Part shown: positions 51,794 through 63,860 of the stretch, piece after piece
How positions within the stretch are numbered: position 1 is the first letter of the stretch
Layout of the letters: each line of letters begins with the position of its first letter
Origin: Balanoglossus misakiensis
Taxonomy: Eukaryota > Animalia > Hemichordata
Length of the DNA: 64,000 nucleotides
Direction of reading: 5' to 3'
NCBI GenBank assembly: GCA_040954595.2
Contig: CM082579.2
Location: forward strand, 11,025,625 to 11,089,624
Program-made: the position numbers and the translations under genes
Notes under the pieces: generated by a model
Databases searched by the model: none
Told to the model about the DNA's origin: nothing
What the model saw: only the letters and a program-made list of their open reading frames with translations

Positions 51794-53071
51794 GTGTGAA
51801 GTTGGTTACTAGTTCCTCGTTCCTTATTCGATTCAATCTGAATATGCAGGTAGTTCCCAGTTCCTGGTTTTGTTCCGTATTCAAAATAACACATTTCACC
51901 CATTCTAAGGGACCGTTCAATTTTTACGGCCGGGGGGCAAGTTTGTGTCATTGGTTTTCAAAATCAGGCCGCCCCCCCCCCCTCACCCAGGACCAAAAAA
52001 TGATGACCCCCCTCTGACAGACCCAAAAATATGATGACCCCCCCCCCCCCACGCCGAAAACATTCGCCGTCCTGATCCTATGTACACTGTATGCAATAAA
52101 GGGAATGAGGCTCCTCACACCTGAAGTATTATAGTATATAATAGTATTTCGTTGCAATAAAGAAATCTATGAACAAATTGAAATCACAAGTCAATACAAT
52201 AGTTGCTAGAATTGGTAAAACAAGAAAAGTGGCGGGTGGAAAATTTTGTAAAATATGTAGCTCAAAGTTGCATTTTAATGAACTCAAAAGCAAATTATCT
52301 CAATGTTTGGGAGGACCAATTTTACTTTTTGCCACTCCACTCAAAGTTAGCAGATTTGGCGTCATGTTAGTCATGACATCATTTATAAAACTTCTAGTAT
52401 ATACAAGAAGCATCGCGAAACTATTAGTTATGCGTAATGGTTTAAACGATTATTCCCCTTTATGTATTCACTTTGTTAAATATTATCATCGGTGGGGTTG
52501 GGGTGGCAAGCACTCTGCTCTGGTACACTGGACAAACCAGCAAAAAAATGAAATGTGGTGGAGAATGAAGGGGGTGGGTGTGGGAGGGGGTGTCCCCTCC
52601 CACATTAGAAAAGTTTGTAAAATAAAAGGCAAAAAATCGGTGGCAAAAGTATGTGCCCCCCCTAAACGTTTAAAAAACCCAGATGACCCCCCCCCCTTTT
52701 TGGACTTCAAAATTTAAGTGACCCCCCCCCCCCTGGATTTTGCCGCCCACCCCCGCCACTTTTCTTGTTTTACCAATTCTAGCAACTATTGTATTGACTT
52801 GTCATTTCAATTTGTTCAAAGGTGGGGGGGGGGGGTCATCATGTTTTGGTCCTGGGTGAAGGGGGGGGGGTCCGCCTGATTTTGAAAACCGATGACTCAA
52901 ACTTGCCACCCCCCCCCCCCCAAGGCCGTAAAAACTGAACGGTCCCTAGAGTGCCGGGGCATCAGCTTAGCCAGGTCGTAGGAAACCCAATAAGGAACGA
53001 GGAACTAGTAGCCAGTTCCTTATTCAGACTGGGGCGAATAAGGAACCAGGAACTAGTAACCAACTTCACAC
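51794..53071. mobile_element. Older inverted-repeat element interrupted by a nested Harbinger-like element
   Basis: Arms gtgtgaagttggttactagttcctcgttccttattcg (51794-51830) and cgaataaggaaccaggaactagtaaccaacttcacac (53035-53071). Confidence 0.6.
51909..52946. mobile_element. ~1-kb PIF/Harbinger-like non-autonomous element with long compound inverted repeats
   Basis: taa-GGGACCGTTCAATTTTTACGGCC ... GGCCGTAAAAACTGAACGGTCCC-tag; additional internal IR at ~52170-52240 / ~52752-52818. Confidence 0.75.
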
Positions 53072-53311
53072 GCCTCGAATATTTCAGCATTAGTTCATTG
53101 TTATTTTTAGCCTATTTGATCAAGAATACAAAAAAGAGCTTAATAAATATCATGCTTATCTTGATATCGTCCGAATTCCATTGGTGCTAGTTTATTGATT
53201 AGCCCAAATCATTCATGTTCCACTCCCTATCTATCGGTCGACTTAGCAACATCATATCAGAAAGCAACACAACACTCGCCGAGGCAGACATCAGGCACAA
53301 CCAACTGCAGT

Positions 53312-56300
53312 ATGGCGTCCACAGACGACAATGATATCACAGTTTTTGTCAGACACGAGAGTGGCCGCAATGCAAAGCCAATACAATGCAAACCGAATGC
53401 TACGGTACACGATCTTGGCGAAAGGCTGAAAGAAAACACCGACAAGTTCCGCCTTGCTTTTAAAAACCTGGATGTGAAAGAAACTGATCTGGAAATATAT
53501 TTCAATGACGCAGAAGGAAGAAGCAAAACAGTGCTCAGTCCAAAGGACAAAATAGCAGACTATGTAAAACACGACATTGTCTTCAACACAGGTCAGTAAA
53601 GTTGCGCTGAATATTAACATGTAATTACCTTGTGGTAAAGAAATAATATTTCACATTTTTCTAGTATTATATTTTTGTATAGTTTTATTTCTATTTCATA
53701 ATTGTTCCCATATTCAAGTTATTTCCCAGTCCGTTTTCGTTTTTATTTCCATTGTCATTTCATTTACTTTCATTTCCATTTTGTTTTAATTTCCATGTCC
53801 ACTTTCATTTTCATTTTTATTTCAATTTCTGATTTCATTTTGTTTTATATTTCCATTTTCATTCTCATTGCCAGTTTTGTTTCCAATTCCACTTTTCCAT
53901 TCTCATAGGGTAGTAGGAGAAATGAAAGAGGACAAGAGGACACACTTCACACTTAATAAAAGAAACGAACTTGTGTCCTCTTGTCGACACAGACACAAAG
54001 CATTGTTACGCAACAATTTAATCTAGAAACTCCAGAACAACACATTCATATCACCAGCTACACATTGTTATGCAAAACGGCCCACCCCAACTTACATTCC
54101 TCCACCTGTGTACCTTTGACATTTATTTCCAATTTTATTTCCACTTTCTGTTCTGTTTTCATTCTGTTTCACAAACATAAACAAACCGATGGGGGGGGGG
54201 GGGGGCTTTGCACGTTAGAATCCACAGTCGGGTTTCCAAACGTTAATTTTAGGATCGCTTAATTGAATTGCACGACACTCTGTAGTTCCAACTATAGTTC
54301 TCTCCATACCAGTCACACAAAATCAATAGACATCAAATGACACTACAAAACAGATCCATAAAACTTTTGAGTATGGATGATACAAGTACACTTGTGAATG
54401 TCTAGGGTGAGAAAATGTACATGATTGTGTGCTGTTACATTCAGTCACATTTCTATAATAGCATAATGTCATTTACATCGTGTTTTTGTAAATCCAGGTT
54501 ATGTTATTCTTCTTCATCGCTTTGGTCACGAAGGATTTGGTCAACCAATTCATATACAACACGAATGCACTGCATTTGATTTGAAAGAAATCATAGAGAA
54601 CGAATGCAGCAAATATGGTATAACCGAAGATGATCGGAAAGATATCGAAAGTAGGAAAAAGACCGTCAGAATATATGATACATCATCTGGGTCTCCAGAT
54701 AAACCCCTCGAAGGAAATCAACCATTGAGGGACTTTGACGGAAAACATTTGACATACGACTTGTTCCAACAAGGTAGATGATAATTTATTCACATAACGT
54801 ACCAGCCTTGATTTGAGTGATCACTGTTTTGTCGTGTCAGTGTAACTTGCTTTAATTTCTCTATTATAAACTGATGTGTATGGTTAATATTTTACAGAAA
54901 ACAAGTCATCATCAATGGTAACGTCCCCTATTGAGCTCATAATTTGACAGTCATGTAGCTTTGAGTGTAAATTAACTGCTTATTTACGTATATAATAAAA
55001 TAATTGCCGATATAGAACTAAATGTCACTCGGTTAATATTTAATCGATAACTCTGATAGGCTACGAAACTTATCATTGGGTGACTGATTAACTGGTTAAA
55101 TTTCAGCAATATATTGTTCTCTTGTTTCAGGTTATTATATCTACCTTCACCGTTTGGATATGAAGGGTTTGAATGAAAAAATTCCAATACAGTATAGCAC
55201 TACTGCTTATGATCTCGAGAAAATGATCGCGAAAGATACTAAGTATGGTTTATCAGAAAGTGAGGTTACAGCTGTCAAGAACCGAGAAAAGAATATCAGA
55301 ATATATCAGAAAGGATATCACGATGATTGCATTAACATTCCCATTGAGGCAGACCAACCACTTAGAGACTACAACGGAAAACATCTGACATACGAGTTAC
55401 TCGTTCCAGGTGGGTTGCACAAGTTTGGCTATGTCTCCATTTCCTCGTTACATCCGCGTGGTAAAAACAATTGTATCGCATAAAATTTGAGAGGGTTGTG
55501 CAACATTGGCGGTTCATGACTTCCGACTCTTTCTTGAAATCTCAACGCAATAAACAAAGTAATTTCCAGTCATGTAGATATACTGTATCCTGCATTAAAG
55601 GGACAAAGTCTCTCTCTCGCTGCCCTTTTTTCCATTAATTATGTTTGATACAAGAAACCGGTTGTTATTCTACATGTGGATAAATAGTGAATCAATGTTC
55701 AACCACACACAACTTCCATCCCCCTTATAGACAGGAGAGTAAAAAAACTCGCCAAAATGAATAATCGTTCTTTACCATTTATTCATTTTGGGCGAGTTTT
55801 TACTCTCATATCATACAAGTGGGATGGAAGTTGTGTGTGGTCGAACGTTGATTCACTGTATATCCACATGTAGACTAATATAAATGGTGTCTTGTATCAA
55901 ACATAATTAATGGAAAACGGGGCAGCGAGAGATAGACTTTGTCCCTTCATTGCATTGTCAACTGGGGTAACTAGACGTAAACATTTTTATAATATAATAC
56001 TAGACAAAGGTAAAACCGTTAGATTGTTACAAGGGCGCTCGAACTATGCAGTTAGACTTATTACAAGGTAGACAACAGTCGCGTGGAATTATTTGTTGTG
56101 CGGACATCAATTGAAAATCCACGAAGCACAATTCGATGTTCGAAATCTCTAATCATAACCTTTTAAGCACCTTTTAAGATGCCTGGTTTATTGTTTGTTA
56201 GCATTTTACTGTCAGACAAAATATTAAGTTTGCTCTACAATGTAATAATATAGATTTGGTATAGATGTAGTATATATTTGAAAATATAACACAATTATGT

Positions 56301-59300
56301 CAATAATGAGCAAAGTGGATTTTTGTGTAGTAGGCTTATTAGCATATAGGCCTAAATGACACTTAAACGTGTCAACATAAGTTAAACGGGCGAGGTTTTT
56401 GAAGATAGGTTTTCTTACAATAAGTGTCGCCACGTCACGAGAAAAAAAGAATTTGGCCAAAATTGCCATGTAAACTGCAGTTCCTCCTGGAGTATATAAA
56501 ACCAGACGTGTGGATTAATTGAATAGTGCTGGCCTATTCCTTTTGCAGATTGCCCAAAACATATCACATCCTTTGCCGATTTTGAACAGTTGAGCATCGG
56601 ACAAAACATTGCATGCTTTGGGCCACCCAAACATGGAAAGTCATCAACAATCAATTCGTTCATAAGGGTAAGTTACCTTGTCACTCTGAGCACCAATGTC
56701 GAGGTTGCATTGAACCATAGATGTGAAGGTGGTGTGGGTCGGGAATCATCATGGCCCATGTCGAATTACCAATTAACCAATCACATCGTGGCATACAAAA
56801 TGGCAGCTCATTGCAAAGTACGCATGACCAATGGCAAAAGGCTCGAACAATTCTTGTTTTAAAAGAAATATGGTCAAAGAAACAAAATTTTTACAAATTT
56901 GAAAAAAAGTTGCAGTATGTGTGCTACACAGGGCGCCCACTTCTCGTATTTTACTTCATCTTATATTGATTTTACAGAATTTTAAAATTATCATATAATG
57001 TGAACCCCAACCTGACAGTTTGACGTTGGAAAAGTGAATCAATTGTGTGGAGTGACTGTGATTTTGGGTCCTCTTGCATTGAAACGTCGGGGCGATATAA
57101 CATTTCAGAGTTTTGCTTCATGATAACTGAAGTTCCTACAAATACTAAAGCGCCCCGGAACGAAATATTTTCCAGTCTAACATCAGCAATGAATTCTACC
57201 ATATAATGGCTCATTTTGGCATATCCTTTATTTACTCGCATGCTGTGGTGATAGATACCTATGCAATTACAATCCATTATATCATTAGTATGAATATTCA
57301 GATAATGATATTTATATAATTGTTAAATTATTATCATTATTATTATTATTATTATTATTGGTAATTACATATCCCTCTACAGGCTTTGTCTGGTAGTCAT
57401 GTACAAGTGGCGCAGACAATTGTTTATGCAAAAGGGACCTCAGCATACTCTCGCATACCAGTCGAGGTAAAAGCTTACAAAATACCCTTAATGTTTTACT
57501 ATATTGTAATCCATTAATTGACCTCATTGTTCTTGTTTGAGATTACATTTTGTTTTATTTATTCAGTGTACATGCATATGACTTTTCATTAAAATAAACG
57601 TACATCTTCAGCTTTATTCTGCACATGCGCTAAAGAAAATACCAACTAATCCAATCAGAAAAAAAACCATCTAACGAAAGAACTACTAATCGGACTTTGA
57701 AAATTATTTTCGCATATTTTGAATAGATGTTATGTAAAGTTTTGCATTTGTGCGAATATCAGGAATTTTGTCATAATAGGCCTATATTCGCAACTAAACC
57801 AATTACTCTGAAATTTGGCGAGATAGGTTTTCAAGGAAAGACTCTTAAAATGTGTTATACCACGTGATCAAGTATCACTATTGTATTTTGAGGGCAATCT
57901 TGCCATTTTGGTATTTAAAAAACTATTTTTCTCATCACGGACAGACAGACAACTACATAAACATATACATGAAACACACATGCCAATCTAGTCCTTCTTC
58001 TTTTAGCAAATGCCTATACCAACTATGATGGCCATCAAAAAGTCTTCCAAATGCAGTTATTGCTGGAATTGACTCATATATTTTCTATTGTCTACATAGG
58101 TTTCTCAAGGAAAGTTTTACCTTTGTGATGTTCCTGGCTTAACTATTCAAATACGAGGGAACCGTCATTTCGAAAGAGCAGTTCGACAGGTTATAAACGG
58201 CGAAATGTCCGAGGAGCGATGGATAAACACGGTACCCCCTCAACCTACAAGGCCTGTAAAAGAAAGAAAAATTCATGCAGTTGTATGCATTCAAAATGGC
58301 ACGCAAGATGATATCGACCCCCTCCACTCCCAAATACGTGAAGTTTGCGTCGATGAAGGTAAGTCATGAAAATAATCCGGACACCGTACCGTCCAAAGGC
58401 GAACGTGTTGTTTCTTTGTTGTTTTCAAATTCTCGACTACTGTAATGCACTACTCTGTGGTTCACCATCATCATGCATTCAACCGCTACAGCATGCCCTG
58501 AATTCTGCAGTCAGGATCGTTTCTCGTACCCGTAAAACGGATCATATTACTCGTGTTCTCATGGATTTACATTGGCTGCCTGTACACTATAGAATCCAAT
58601 ACAAGATCTTGCTTATGACATATAAGGCATTAAACAACACAGCACCAGCTTACATCACTGACTTAATCCATCTGAAAACTTCAACAAGACTTCTTCGTTC
58701 AAATGACAAATTTCTACTTCATGTACCACGGAGTACAAAGAAAACGTACGGCGATCGTGCTTTTTCGTATATCGCCCCACTCATTTGGAACAGTGTCCCA
58801 ATAGAAGTATGCCAGTCACCTAGCCTTGACAGTTTCAAGAAACACATCAAGACTTATCTGTTTAACAGAGCCTATTAACACAATGTTGTTGTAAATTTTG
58901 TATAATAGCGAGAGAAAAACCATTCGTGTGTAAAATGAACTTGTTTGTTGATTGTTTATTTATGCTCCGTAAAATTCGATTTTGAAAGGAACTATTTTTC
59001 TTCGTGCTCATATTAATGAGAGGCAATAACAAAATTATGAAGTAGAGAACCACAGAATAATCTGTAGTACATGTGCTAAAATGCATATATATTTGACTTT
59101 CAGGGCGCGATCTCCATGTGTTTTTGATTCTGACCCATGGCGACAAGATCGAAGACGATGAAGAAAGAAAGAGAAAAATAGATCGTGCGTCCTCAGACTC
59201 AACTGGCATTGATAGAAATCATGTTTTTGTAATTGCGAATCGTGACCACGTCGAGAACATCGGAAGAAGTGAAAAAGAGGATCCACAAGAACAGGAAAGA

Positions 59301-59417
59301 GAGCGAGAGATACTGCGCATACTCAAGATTATCTTAAAGGAATCTCGTGACCGAAAGATTGAAGATGACAATTTATTCAAAAGAAAACAAGCAGAGAAAT
59401 CCTGTATTTTATGTTAA
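53312..59417 (+). CDS. IFI44-like P-loop GTPase with three N-terminal ubiquitin-like domains and a C-terminal CaaX motif (~536 aa)
   Basis: Phase-consistent exons 53312-53591, 54498-54773, 55131-55409 (Ubl-like cassettes), 56549-56667 (IACFGPPKHGKSSTINSF, G1), 57383-57466, 58100-58358 (FYLCDVPGL, G3; KIHAVVCI), 59104-59417 (ILTHGD, G4; VFVIAN; EILRILKIIL; KRKQAEKSCILC*). Confidence 0.82.
53680..53905. repeat. Degenerate (TTTCAT)n hexamer-like tract in intron 1
   Basis: Repeated tttcat/tttcca/ttttat units; a weaker tract is at ~54120-54170. Confidence 0.7.
55599..55946. mobile_element. Palindromic MITE (TTAA-type, Kolobok-like)
   Basis: ttaa-AGGGACAAAGTCTCTCTCTCGCTGCCC ... GGGCAGCGAGAGATAGACTTTGTCCCT; long arms; second copy at 32304-32518. 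Confidence 0.8.
58430..58900 (+). mobile_element. 5'-truncated L2/CR1-group LINE, ORF2 C-terminal fragment, in an intron
   Basis: LDYCNALLCG..LQHALNSAVRIV..DHIT..L.DLHWLPV..RI.YKILL.TYKAL..AP.YI..RAFS..AP..WNS.P..FKK.IKTYLF, the typical post-RT region. Confidence 0.88.
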
Positions 59418-59439
59418 GATATGCTATAAGTTTTATCAT

Positions 59440-62073
59440 TACGGGCCCAAGCCAAGCCAGGCTTGGGCCCGTATTGGTTTCGTTGGGTTTTTTAGGGCCC
59501 AAGCGCACGCAAGCGCTTGGGCCCTATTGGTTTCGTTGGAATTTTTCTTTCTTTCCGTCTTTCTTTATTCTTGTGTCAATTCTTTGGGCAACGAGATCTC
59601 AGACACCGCTGCAGGTACACTTCTCAAACTTGCTACAGTGGTCAAGGTCAATGAGTAGATGTGCAGTGACTTGTGAATACTTAATTAGTCACGTGACCTG
59701 GCGGCCATATTGGATTTTCTGAAAAAATGCAAATCTCAGATCTCAGAAACTACAAGTCAGATCGACTTCAAATTTGGCATGCAGGTAGACTACCTTCTAC
59801 CCATCATTTTTGTAATTGGAAATTTTGCTGTCAATGTTGCAGTTTTTTTGCTACAATTTTTTTTCTGAAATCTGGCTTAAATTTCAAAAATCTTCTTCTC
59901 CAGAACCGGCGATAACCGGGTATGTGGTCACCTAACTGATGTCTATCAAGTTTGCGAAGATCATTGTGATTGGTCGAAGATTATGGCGGCCATATTGGAT
60001 TTTCGAAAAACCATAGTAAAACTTCAAAAATCTTCTTCTCCAGAACGGGCGATAACTGAGTCGCAAGATTTGGGGAGTATGGTCACTATACTGATGTCTA
60101 TCAAGTTTGCAAAGAGCATTGTGATTGGTCGAAGATTATGGCGGCCATATTGGATTTTGTAAAAAGCAGTGAAAAATTAAAATTACTTTTTCTAGTATAA
60201 AAATTGATAGCATACAAATTCTTTTTATGGATATCAATCGTCATATGACTACAATATGTTACAAATTTTTGGCGGTTTTTCACATGACCTTTGACCTACT
60301 TTTCACACATTATTATTTCTGCATATCTAATTCCAGGCTAACCTATAGGGCTAGACGTTTGGTTTTTGATGCAAGTGGATTAGTGTGTGGTCAAAAAATT
60401 TTGCTACTTTTCATGACCCCTTTGACCTCTGCTGACCTCATTAATTATGTGCATAGCTAATTACAGGCGAACCAATAGAGCTAGAGGTTTGGTTTTTGTT
60501 GAACATGGACCAGTATGGGGTCAAATTTTTTTGCCCAAATGTTGGGTGACCTCTGGTGACCTTTGACCTACTTTCGCATATCTCAGCATCCAGAGCAGAT
60601 ACAGCCTTGGCATTTGGCAGGATGGGAGCTAAATGTAAAGCCAAATTTTTGGGTCACCTGTGACACCTGCTGACCTCATTTAATATGCACATACCTAATT
60701 ACAGGCGAACCAATAGAGCTAGAGTTTTGGTTTTTGTTGGACATGGACCAGTATGGGTAAAAAAAATTGCCCAAATGTTGGGTGACCTCAGGTGACCTTT
60801 GACCTACTTCACCCTATTTCAGCAGCAAAAATACACACATCCCTGTTATGTCATGAGATAATACATCCGATATTAAATTCTGTTTCTTCTCATTCATACT
60901 GTGCATATATAATTCAAGATCAGCGCTTGGGCCCGACAATGCTGCTTGCAGCTTTAATTCTTTCTTTCTTTCTTTCTTTCTTTATTCTTGGTTCACTTCT
61001 TTCGCGCTCTAGATCTCAGACACCGCTGCAGGTACAGTTCTCAAACTTGCTACAGTGGTCAAGGTCAATGAGTAGATGTGCAGTGACTTGTGAATACTTA
61101 ATTAGTCACGTGACATGGCGGCCATATTGGATTTTCTGAAAAAATGCAAATCTCAGATCTCAGAAACTACAAGTCAGATCGAGTTCAGATTTGGCGTGCT
61201 GGTAGTATACCCTCTGCCCATCATTTTTGTAATTGGATATTTTGCTGTCAATGTTGCAGTTTTTTTGCTACAGTTGTTTTTCTGAAATCTGGTCAAAATT
61301 TCAAAAATCTTCTTCTCCAGAACCGGCGATAACCGAGTCACGCCGTTCGGGGTATGTGGTCACCTAACTGATGTCTATCAAGTTTGCGAAGATCATTGTG
61401 ATTGGTCGAAGATTATGGCGGCCATATTGGATTTTCGAAAAACCATAGTAAAACTTCAAAAATCTTCTTCTCCAGAACGGGCGATAACCGAGTCACAAGA
61501 TTTGGTGTGTGTGGTCATTAAACAGATGTCTATCAAGTTTGCGAAGGGGAATGTGATTGGTCGAAGATTATGGCGGCCATATTGGATTTTGTGAAAAACG
61601 ATTAAAAAGTAAAAAATCCTTTTCTAGCCTAAAAATTGATAGCACAGAAATTCTTTTTATGGATATGAATCATCATATGACAAGAATAACCTATAAATAT
61701 TTTGGTAATTTTGGCAATGACCTTTGACCTACTTTTGACGAATCATTTTTCTGCATATCTAATTCCAGGCTAACCAATAGGGCTATAAGTTTGGTTTTTG
61801 ATGTATGTGGATTTGTATGTGATCAAAAAATTTTGCTACTTTTCATGACCCCTTTGACCTCTGCTGACCTCATTAAATATGCATATACCTAATTACAGAT
61901 GAACCAATAGACCTAGAGGTTTTGTTTTTGTTATACATGGACCAGTATGGGGTCAAAATATTTTGCCCAAATGTTGGGTGACCTCGGGTGACCTTTGACC
62001 TACTTAACACTATATTAGCATCAGATCAGATAATAGAGCTTGGGCCCGGACAATGCTGCTTGCAGCTTTAATT
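59440..62073 (+). mobile_element. Head-to-tail tandem of a ~1.1-1.5-kb non-autonomous element (Helentron/DINE-1-like structure)
   Basis: 5' hairpins gggcccaagc..gcttgggccc, then a (tttc)n tract and internal sub-repeats. Each unit ends gcttgggccc..aatgctgcttgcagctttaatt (~60959, ~62073). Unit offset 59594 vs 61011. Confidence 0.65.
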
Positions 62074-62264
62074 ATACTTAGATTCGCATGCCTGTGTTAA
62101 ACTCTACGGGAAAAAGTGCCATTACAACCAGGCAGTTGTTTTTACATATCACGTCCCGGCCCGGTTGCCCATATAAGGTTATCGGCGCGCATTTCTGAAC
62201 TATTTTCATTCTCATTGCTACACGCGTTGCTTTAGTGCTAAAGGAAGAGGATTGCTTCACAAAA

Positions 62265-62372
62265 CGTAGCCAATAATCACGTGACACGTGTTGTTAAGTA
62301 ACTAAATAATGAATTAGTCGGTTGGCACTACACGATCACCGTTCGTGTCGGTGCGAGTTGCTATGGTAACAA
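62265..62372. promoter_or_regulatory. Promoter-like cluster: CCAAT, E-box (TCACGTGA), RFX X-box
   Basis: agccaat ~62268, atcacgtgac ~62276-62285, GTTGCTATGGTAAC 62357-62370; the target gene was not identified. Confidence 0.45.
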
Positions 62373-63687
62373 ATCAAGCAAATGTTTCGCTTCCTTTTTT
62401 ATTTAGGCTTTGCCTCAGGAAAGGAAAGGATATATATACAAATAGGTGGAATTTTAATCTCTGGGATTAACAGAATAGCACAATAAATCATCTTGTGCTC
62501 ACACAAAACTTTTGTCCCTTGTTAGTTTTCATAAAAAGGACTAGTACAACATTTTATATTATGTAAACTTTATTGACACCTGTATTTGAGTGAATATCAA
62601 GTTTATCTGAAAAAAGGACCCCCTTGCAGAACACAAGACCGATAAGTTCATTGAAACTGTTGGTGTTGTGAACTGAATTAAGAATCCGATTTGTGATTGA
62701 CTCAGAGATCAAAATGAAGAATTAATACATGAAGTACAAAATTGCCACAAAGGGTTTGCTGGCTGTACCTGAATATGTGTAATATGTCGAGAAAAATTCA
62801 TTTTCAAGTTATTGAGAGAAGATGTACAAGCATAAATGTATTAGCATGACACATTGCAAGTAGTTGATACAACAGCCAATGACTGGACTATTAGGTAGTC
62901 ACATGACAGCCAAGTGAAATCATCTATCGTTCATCAAATTCTAATAAACCAAGCTGACATGGCTGACAAGATTACAATACAATGTTACTTAACATGTTCA
63001 AACTTGGAGCTCTCACCACATGTTGAATTGCAAAATATGAAAACAGATGCAAGGATAGAATACTTTATATTGTACCCTTTATTTTCTCATCCATTTTATC
63101 AAAGAAAGGACAAAGCCTTTAGTTGCCATGAGATCATCAAGTTCACGGTTATATATGAAGCAATTCTTTCTTATACTCAAGATGTAACACAGACCTTCAG
63201 TAGGGCTGACTACTTGGAATATGGTTCATACAAGATGTAAACATGCATGTGATCGTATCTTCATGTTGAGAAGTTCAACATTTCTTCCAAATATTACTGC
63301 ACAGTGTTTTAATTTTAAAAGCTAAAGGATTAAAACATTTCTTGTCCATATTCAGACAAGGATCAAATGCAGATAATTTACATGCCAAAGTGTGGTTGTA
63401 GCTTGTACTATTGACAATAAAATATTAAGCAACATGCTGCATTTGGATTGAAGTCAGCAATGTAACACACAGTCATGATATATGTACATCCATCACACCA
63501 CTCGCGTGATACATTTATAATATTTCATATTCCGAAAACACTACACAGTATTTTTGATTACAAATGCAATCATTTTTTTAAATATTCATATTGTAGACTG
63601 AATTATTATCGACATTACATATACAGCCCAGGTTCCAATCATGTCATAGCAGACAAACACATCCACAATCACACTATGTAATATTTA

Positions 63688-63860
63688 GGGACTGGTCAGT
63701 TTCTACCGCCAAAGATGGGTGGAGTGCATTTGCTTTGGTCAGTTTCAACAGGTCACTAGCGTAGTCCTAGCCGTATTTTGTCCGCTTTGCTTCCAAAACT
63801 TAAGCCTAGCCTCACTCAAGTCACCCCCCCCCCCCCCGGCCACAGCAACTGACCACTCCC
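63688..63860. mobile_element. PIF/Harbinger-like MITE
   Basis: tta-GGGACTGGTCAGTT ... AACTGACCACTCCC-tta (3-bp TTA TSD). Confidence 0.7.

Noticed and set aside
52169-52717. 182-aa ORF
   Set aside because: Lies inside the non-autonomous Harbinger-like element; no transposase motifs.
54898-54917. Possible micro-exon between Ubl exons
   Set aside because: Its 20-nt length would shift the frame into a stop in the next exon.
58366-58878. 170-aa ORF as a host gene or an exon of the GTPase
   Set aside because: It is a LINE ORF2 C-terminal fragment within an intron; the GTPase exons splice around it in phase.
62914-63240. 108-aa ORF near the window end
   Set aside because: No ATG start, no motifs and no splice support; AT-rich UTR/intron-like composition.
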